Shown piece by piece: positions 55,101 through 64,000 of a DNA stretch of 64,000 nt. The stretch's first letter is position 1, and each line of letters opens with the position of its first letter. The translations under genes and the position numbers were made by a program. The stretch lies in the NCBI RefSeq assembly GCF_009914755.1, contig NC_060933.1; one strand, given 5' to 3'. The notes under the pieces were generated by a model, which saw only the letters and a list, made by a program, of their open reading frames with translations, ran no database searches and was not told the origin of the DNA. Source of the DNA: the human T2T-CHM13v2.0 reference genome, Homo sapiens.

Positions 55101-58100
55101 CCAAATGGAATGGAATGTAATGGAGAGTAAGGGAGTTTAATAGAATCAATCCGAAAGTAATGGAATGGAATGCAACGGAATGGAATGGAATGGAATGGAA
55201 TGCAATGGAATGGAATCAACCGGAGTACAATGGAATGGAATGGAATGGAATGGAATGGAATGCCTTCAAACCGAATGGAATGGAAAGGAATGGAATCAAC
55301 AAGAGTGGAATGGAATGGAATGGAATGGAATGGAACGATAAGGAATAGAATGGAATGGAACGAAATGGAATGGAATGGAATGGAATGGAATGGAATGGAA
55401 TGGAATGGAATCGTTCCGAGTGGAATAGGAGGGAATGTATTCGAGTGGAATGGAAAGGAATGGAATCAACCAGAGTGGAATGGAAGGGAATGGAATGGAA
55501 TGGAAACTAATAGAATGGAATCAACCCGAGTGGAATGGAATGGAAAAGACTGGAATGGAAAGGAATAGAATGGAATGGAATGGAATGGAATGGAATGGAA
55601 TGGAATCAACGCGAGTTCAGGGGAATGGAATGGAATGGAATGCTATGGAATGGAATCTTCCGGAATGGAATGGAATTGAATGGAATGGAATGGAATAAAC
55701 CCGAGTGTAATGCAATGGAGTGGAATGGAATGGAATGGAATGGAACAACCCGAATGGAATGGAATGTAATGGAGACTAAGGGAGTTGAATAGAATCAATC
55801 CGAATGTAATGGAATGGAATGGAACGGAATGCAATTGAATGGAATGGAATGGAATGCAATGGAATGGAATCAACCCGAGTGCAATGGAATGGAGAGGAAT
55901 GGAATGGAAACTACCCGAATGGAATGGAATGTAATGGAGTGTAAGGGAATTGAATAGAATCAATCCGAATGTAATGGAATGGAAAGGAACGGAATGGAAT
56001 GGAATGGAATGGAATGGAATGGAATGGAATGGAATGCAATGGAATGGAATCAACCCGAGTGCAACCGAATGGAATCGAATGGAATGGAATGCAATGGAAT
56101 GGATTCAACTTGAATGGAATGGAAAGAATGGAATCAACACGAGTGGAAGGGCATGGATTGGAATGCAATGGAATGGAATCAACCCGAGTACAGGGGAATG
56201 GAATGGAATGGAATGCAATGGAATGGAATCATCCGTAATGGAATGGAAAGGAATGGAATGGAATGCAATGGAATGGAATGGAATGGAATGGAATCAACAC
56301 GATTGCAATCGAATGGAATGGAATGGAATTAACCCGAATAGAATGGAATGGAATGGAATGGAACGGAACGGAACGGAATGGAATGGAATGGAATGGAATG
56401 GAACGGAATGGAACGGAATGGAACGGAATGGAATGGAATGGAATGGAATGGAATGGAATGGAATCAACGCGAGTGCAGGGGAATGGAATGGAATGGAATG
56501 CAATGGAATGGAAACTTCCGGAATGGAATGGAATGGAATGGAATGGAATGAAATGCAACGGATTCAACTCGATTACAATGGAATGGAATAGAATGGAATG
56601 GAATGGAATGGAATGGAATAAACCAGAATAGAATGGAATGGAATGGAATGGAACGGAATGGAACGGAATGGAATGGAATGGAATGGAATGGTATGGAATG
56701 GAATGGAATGGTACGGAATAGAATGGAATGGAACGAATTGTAATGGAATGGAATTGAATGGAATGGAATGGAATGGAATGGAATCAACACGAGTGCAGGG
56801 GAATGTAATGGAACGGAATGCAATGGAATGGAATCATCCGGAATGGAATGGAATGGAATGGAATGGAATGGAATCAACCCGAGTGCAATGGAATGGAGTG
56901 GAATGGAATGGAACGGAATGGAACAACCCGAATGGAATGGAATGTAATGGAGAGTAAGGGAGTTGAATAGAATCAATCCGAATGTAATGGAATGGAATGC
57001 AACGGAATGGAATGGAATGGAATGGAATGGAATGGAATGGAATGGAATGCAAAGGAATGGAATCAACCCGAGTGGAATGGCATGGAATAGAATGCAATGG
57101 AATGGAATGGAATGGAATCAACTCGAGTGGAAAGGAATGGAATGGAATGGAAAGGAATGGAATGAAATCAACTCGAGTGAAATGGAATGGAATGGAATAG
57201 ATTGGAATGGATTGCAACGGAATGAAATGGAATGGAATGGAATGGAATCAATCATTCCGAGTGGAATGGAAGGGAATGTAATGGAGTGGAAAGAAGGGAA
57301 TGGAATCAACCCGATTGGAATGCAAGGCAATGGAATGGAATGGAAAGGAATGGAATTGAATCAACTCGATTGCAATGGAATGGAATGGAATGGAATGGAA
57401 TTGAATGGAATTAACCGGAATAGAATGGAATGCAATGGAATGGAACAGAATGGAATGGAATGGAAGGTAATGGAATCAACACGAGTGCAGGGGAATGGAA
57501 TGGAATGGAATGCAATGGAATGGAATCATCCGGAATGGAATGGAATGGAATGGAATCAACTCCATTGCAATGGAATGGAATGGAATGGAATGGAATAGAA
57601 TGGAATGGAATTAACACGAATAGAATGGAATGCAATAGAATGGAATGGAACGGAACCGAATGGAGTGGAATGGAATGCAATGGAATCAACCTGACTGCAG
57701 GGGAATGGAATGGAATGGAATGCAATGGAATGGAATCATCCGGAATGGAATGGAATGGAATGGAATGGAAACAAACCGAGTGCAATGGAATGGAGTGAAA
57801 TGGAATGGAATGGAATGGAAACAACCAGAATGGATTGGAATATAAAGGAGTGTAAGGGAATTGAATAGAATCAATCTGAATGTAATGAAATGGAATTGAA
57901 CGGAATGGAATGGAATGGAATCGAATCGAATGGAATGGAATGGAATGGAATCAACCCGAGTGCAATTGAATGGATTCGAATAAAATGGAATGGAGTGGAT
58001 TGGATTCAACCCGAATGGAAAGGAAAGGAATGGAATCAACCCGAGTGGAATGGCATGGAATGGAAAGGAATGGAATGGAATTGAATGGAAAGGAATGGTT

Positions 58101-61100
58101 CGGAATAGAATGGATTGGAACAAAATGGAATGGAATGTAATGGAATGGAATGGAATGGAATGGAATGGAATGGAATCAAGTCGATTGCAATGGAATAGAA
58201 TGGAATGGAATGGAACGGATTGGAATGGAATGGAATGGAATGGAATGGAATTAAATGGAATGGAATGGAATGGAATCAACCCGAGTGTAGGGGAAAGGAA
58301 TGGAATGGAATGCAATGGAATGGAATGGAATGGAATGGAATGGAATGGAATGGAATGTAATGGAATCAACCCGAGTGGAATGGCATGGAATGGAATGCAA
58401 TGGAATGGAATGGAATGGAATCAACTCGAGTGGAAAGGAATGGAATGGAATGGAAAGGAATAGAATGAAATCAACTCGAGTGGAATGGAATGGAATGGAA
58501 TGGAATGGAATGAAATGCAATGGATTCAACTCGATTGCAATGGAATGGAATAGAATGGAATGGAATGGAATGGAATGGAATTAACCCGAATAGAATGGAA
58601 TGGAATGCAATGGAACGGAATGGAACGGAATGGAATGGAATGGAATGGAATGGAATGGTATGGAATGGAATGGAATGGTACGGAATAGAATGGAATGGAA
58701 CGAATTGTAATGGAATGGAATTGAATGGAATGGAATGGAATCAACGCGAGTGCAGGGGAATGTAATGGAACGGAATGCAATGGAATGGAATCATCCGGAA
58801 TGGAATGGAATGGAATGGAATGGAATCAACCCTAGTGCAATGGAATGGAGTGGAATGGAATGGAATGGAATGGAACAACCCGAATGGAATGGAATGTAAT
58901 GGAGAGTAAGGGAGTTGAAAAGAATCATTCCGAATGTAATGGAATGGAATGTAACGGAATGGAATGGAATGGAATGGAATGGAATGCAATGGAATGGAAT
59001 CAACCCGAGTACAATGGAATGGAATGGAATGGAATGGAATGGAATGGAATGGAATGGAATAGAATGCTTTCAAACCGAATGGAATGGAAAGGAATGGAAT
59101 AAACACGAGTGGAATGGAATGGAATGGAATGGAATGGAACGGAAAGGAATGGAATGGAATGGAATGGAATGGAATGGAATGGAATCAACGCGAGTGCAGG
59201 GGAATGGAATGGAATGGAATGCAATGGAATGGAATTTTCCGGAATGGAATGGAATGGAATGGAATGGAATGGAATGGAATGGAATAAACCCGAGTGCAAT
59301 GGAATGGAGTGGAATGGAATGGAATGGAATGGAACAACCCGAATGGAATGGAATGTAATGGAGAGTAAGGGAGTTGAATAGAATCAATCCGAATGTAATG
59401 GAATGGAATGGAACGGAATGGAATTGAATGGAATGGAATGGAATGCAATGGAATGGAATCAACCCGAGTGCAATGGAATGGAGAGGAATGGAATGGAATG
59501 GAATGGAAACTACCTGAATGGAATGGAATGTAATGGAGTGTAAGGGAATTGAATAGAATCAATCCGAATGTAATGGAATGGAATGGAACGGAATGGATTG
59601 GAATGGAATGGAATGGAATGGAATGGAATGGAATGGAATGCAATGGAATGGAATCAACCCGAGTGCAATCGAATGGAATCGAATGGAATGGAATGCAATG
59701 GAATGGATTCAACTTGAATGGAATGGAAAGAATGGAATCAACACGAGTGCAAGGGCATGGATTGGAATGCAATGGAATGGAATCAACCCGAGTACAGGGG
59801 AATGGTATGGAATGGAATGCAATGGAATGGAATCATCCGTAATGGAATGGAAAGGAATGGAATGGAATGGAATGGAACGGAATGGAATGGAATGGAATCA
59901 ACACGATTGCAATCGAATGGAATGGAAAGGAATTAACCCTAATAGAATGGAATGGACTGGAATGGAACGGAACGGAATGGAATGGAATGGAATGGAATGG
60001 AATGGAATGGAATGGAATTCACCCGAATAGAATGGAATGGAATGGAATGGAAAGGAATGGAAGGAAGGAAATGGAATGTAATCAACCCGAGTGCAGGGGA
60101 ATGGAATGGAATGGAATGCAATGGAATGGAATCATCCGGAATGGAATGGAATGGAATGGAATGGAATGGTATCAACCCGAGTGCAGGGGAATGTAATTTA
60201 ACGGAATGCAATGGAATGGAATCATCCGGAATGGAATGGAAAGGAATGGAATGCAAAACAATGGAATCAAGTCGATTGCAATGGAACGGAATGGAATGGA
60301 AATGAATAGAATGGAATCAACCCGAGTGGAATGGAATGGAAAGGACTGGAATGGAATGGAATGGAATGGAATGGAATGGAATGGAATGGAATCAACTCGA
60401 TTGGAATGGAATGGAATGGAATGGAATGGAATGGAATGGAATGGAATTAACCCGAATACAATGGAACGGAATGAAATGGAATGGAACGGAATGGAGTGGA
60501 ATGGAATGGAATCAACCCAAGTGCAAGGGAATGGAATGGAAAGGAATGCAATGGAATGGAATCATCCGGAATGGAATGGAATGGAATGGAATGCAAAGCA
60601 ATGGAATCAACTCGATTGCAATGGAATGGAATGGAATGGAAAGGAATAGAATGGAATCAACCCGAGTGTAATGGAATGGAAAGGACTGGAATGGAGTGGA
60701 ATGGAATGGAATGGAATGGAATGGAATCAACTCGATTGGAATGGAATGGAATGGAATGGAATGGAATTAACCCGAATAGAATGGAATGGAATGGAATGGA
60801 ACTGAATGGAATGGAATGGAATGGAATGGAATGGAATGGAATGGAATGGAATGGAATGGAATGGAATCAACCCAACTGCAGGGGAATGGAATGGAATGGA
60901 ATGGAATGGAATCATCCGGAACGGAATGGAATGGAATGGAATGGAATCAACTCGATTGCAATGGAATGGAATGGAATGGAATGGAATCGAAAGGAATGGA
61001 ATGGAATTAACCAGAATAGAATGGAATGGAATGGAATGGAACGGAATGGAATGAAATGGAATGGAATGGAATGGAATCAACCCGAGTGCAGGGGAATGGA

Positions 61101-64000
61101 ATGGAATGGAATGCAATGGAATGGAATCACCCGGAATGGAATGGAATGGAATGGAATGGAATGGAATGGAATGGTATCAACCCGAGTGCAGGGGAATGTA
61201 ATGGAACGGAATGCAATGGATTGGAATCATCCGGAATGGAATGGAATGGAATGGAATGGAATGGAATCAACCCGAGTGCAATGGAATGGAGTCGAATGGA
61301 ATGGAATGGAATGGAACAACCCGAATGGAATGGAATGTAATGGAGAGTAAGGGAGTTGAATAGAATCAATCCGAATGTAATGGAATGGAATGCAACGGAA
61401 TGGAATGGAATGGAATGCAATGGAATGGAATGGAATGGAATGCAAAGGAATGGAATCAACCCGAGTGGAATGGCATGGAAAGGATTGCAATGGATTGGAA
61501 TGGAATGGAATCAACTCGAGTGGAAAGGAATGGAATGGAATGGAAAGGAATGGAATGAAGTCAACTCGAGTGGAATGGAATGGAATGGAATGGATTGGAA
61601 TGGATTGCAATGGAATGAAATGGAATGGAATGGAATGGAATCAATCATTCCGAGTGGAATGGAAGGGAATGTAATGGAGTGGAAAGAAGGGAATGGAATC
61701 AACCCGAGTGGAATGCAAGGCAATGGAATGGAATGGAAAGGAATGGAATGGAATCAACTCGATTGCAATGGAATGGAATGGAATGGAATGGAATGGAATG
61801 GAATGGAATGGAATTAACCGGAATAGAATGGAATGGAATGGAATGGAACGGAATGGAATGGAATGGAAGGGAATGGAATCAACACGAGTGCAGGGGAATG
61901 GAATGCAATGGAATGCAATGGAATTGAATCATCCGGAATGGAATGGAATGGAATGGAATAAACTCCATTGCAATGGAATGGAATGGAATGGAATGGAATA
62001 GAATGGAATGGAATTAACCCGAATAGAATGGAATGCAATAGAATGGAATGCAACGGAACCGAATGGAGTGGAATGGAATGGAATGGAATAAACCCGAGTA
62101 CAGGGGAATGGAATGGAATGGAAAGCAATGGAATGGAGTCATCCGTAATGGAATGGAAAGGAATGGAATGGAATGGAATGGAATGGAATGGAATCAACTC
62201 GATGACAATCGAATGGAATGGAATGGAATTAACCCGAATAGAATGGAATGGAATGGAATGGAACGGAACGGAATGGAATGGAATGGAATAGAATGGAATG
62301 GAACGGAACGGAATGGAATGTAATGGAATGGAATGGAATCAACGCGAGTGCAGGGGAATGGAATGGAATGGAATGCATTGGAATGGAATCTTCCGGAATG
62401 GAATGGAATGGAATGGAATGGAATGGAATGGAATGGAATGGAATCAACCCGAGTGCAATGGAATGGAGTGGAATGGAATGGAATGGAATGGAACAACCCG
62501 AATGGAATGGAATGTAACGGAGAGTAAGGGAGTTGAATAGAATCAATCCGAATGTAATGGAATGGAATGGAACGGAATGGAATTGAATGGAATGGAATGG
62601 AATGCAATGGAATGGAATCAACCCGAGTGCAATGGAATGGAGAGGAATGGAATGGAATGGAATGGAATGGAAACTACCCGAATGGAATTGAATGTAATGG
62701 AGTGTAAGGGAATTGAATAGAATCAATCCGAATGTAAAGGAATGGAATGGAACGGAATGGAATGGAATGGAATGGAATGGAATGGAATGGAATGGAATGA
62801 AATGCAATGGATTCAACTCGATTGCAATGGAATGGAATGGAATGGAATGGAATTAATCCGAATAGAATGGAATGGAATGGAATGGAACGGAATGTAACGG
62901 AATGGAATGGAACGGAATGGAATGGAATGGTATGGAATGGAATGGAATGGTACGGAATAGAATGGAATGGAACGAATTGTAATGGAATGGAATTGAATGG
63001 AATGGAATGGAATGGAATGGAATCAACGCGAGTGCAGGGGAATTTAATGGAACAGATTGCAGTGGAATGGAATCATCCGGAATGGAATGGAATGGAATGG
63101 AATGGAATGGAATGGAATGGAATGGAATGGAATCAACCCGAGTGCAATGGAATGGAGTGGAATGGAATGGAATGGAATGGAACAACCCCAAAGGAATGGA
63201 ATGTAATGGAGAGTAAGGGAGTTGAATAGAATCAATCCGCATGTAATGGAATGGAATGCAACGGAGTGGAATGGAATGGAATGGAATGGAATGGAATGCA
63301 ATATAATGGAATCAACCCGAGTACAATGGAATGGAATGGAATGGAATGGAATGGAATGGAATGGAATGGAATGGAATGGAATGATACGGAATAGAATGGA
63401 ATGGAACGAAATGGAATGGAATGGAATGGAATGGAATGGAATGGAATGGAATGGAATGGAATGGAATCGTTCCGAGTGGAATAGGAGGGAATGTATTCGA
63501 GTGGAATGGAAAGGAATGGAATCAACCAGAGTGGAATGGAAGGGAATGGAATGGAATGGAATGGAATGGAATGGAATGCAATGGAATGGAATCAACCCGA
63601 GTGCAATCGAATGGAATCAAATGGAATGGAATACAATGGAATGGATTCAACTTGAATGGAAAGGAAAGAATGGAATCAACACGAGTGGAATGGCATGGAT
63701 TGGAATGGAATGGAATGGAATCAACCCGAGTACCGGGGAATGGAATGGAATGGAATGCAATGGAATGGAATCATCAGTAATGGAATGGAAAGGAATGGAA
63801 AGGAATGGAATGGAATGGAATGGAATGGAATGGAATGGAATCAAGTCGTTTGCAATCGAATGGAATGGAATGGAATTAACCCGAATAGAATGGAATGGAA
63901 TGGAATGGAACGGAACGGAATGGAATGGAGTGGAATGGAATGGAACGGAAAGGAATGGAATGGAATGGAATGGAATCAACGCGAGTGCAGGGGAATGGAA

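Larger units (their letters stand above)
1..64000. repeat. Human satellite III (HSat3)-type pericentromeric satellite array, (GGAAT/ATTCC)n
   Basis: The GGAAT pentamer (or its reverse complement) runs across the entire window. It is interspersed with the classical satellite III motif CAACCCGA(G/A)T, e.g. at 383, 688 and 1848. No unique sequence was seen. Confidence 0.98.
43079..64000 (+). repeat. HSat3 block 3, GGAAT strand on +
   Basis: GGAAT orientation resumes at gtgtgcaatggaatgg (43079) and continues to the end of the window. Confidence 0.96.

Noticed and set aside
60059-60070. (GGAA)3 EWS-FLI1-type microsatellite
   Set aside because: Only three units, most likely a local deletion or slippage product, too short to be meaningful.
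1-64000. Hundreds of ORFs (MEWNG... and FHSIP...; longest 450 aa at 36505-37857)
   Set aside because: The pentamer has no stop codon in any frame, ORFs overlap in all six frames, and there is no domain-like complexity. They are not called as CDS.
1-64000. CRISPR-like alternation of conserved repeats and 'spacers'
   Set aside because: The interspersed words are recurrent diverged pentamers, not unique spacers. There is no constant repeat or spacer length and no cas genes.
1-64000. HSat2 (satellite II) or DYZ1 assignment
   Set aside because: Long pure GGAAT tracts with CAACCCGAGT words fit HSat3, whereas HSat2 is dominated by CATTCGATTC-type diverged units. No regular ~3.6 kb DYZ1-like period is seen; the 3.9 kb repeat has only two copies.

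Overview
The whole 64 kb window is a primate (human-like) pericentromeric Satellite III / HSat3 array. It consists of (GGAAT)n interrupted by a small vocabulary of diverged motifs such as CAACCCGAGT, CAACTCGATT, CATCCGG and GGAGAGTAAGGGAGTTG. I see no genes, RNA genes, transposons or unique sequence. All predicted ORFs (poly-MEWNG / poly-FHSIP) follow from the stop-free pentamer. The structure is not uniform. The array switches strand twice, at ~25484 and ~43078, giving a ~17.6 kb inverted (CATTC) block. That block shares rare variants in mirror order with the downstream forward block, forming a large imperfect palindrome. There are also nested duplications (~3.9 kb tandem, ~0.73 kb tandem, ~2.2 kb copies 48 kb apart) and two sequence sub-domains. 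About 22 perfect three-unit heat-shock elements (GGAAT-CTTCC-GGAAT type) are unevenly distributed. Internal inversions plus CAACCCGAGT motifs suggest the chr9q12 HSat3 array, but this assignment is inference. All comparisons were made by eye, so boundaries are approximate.
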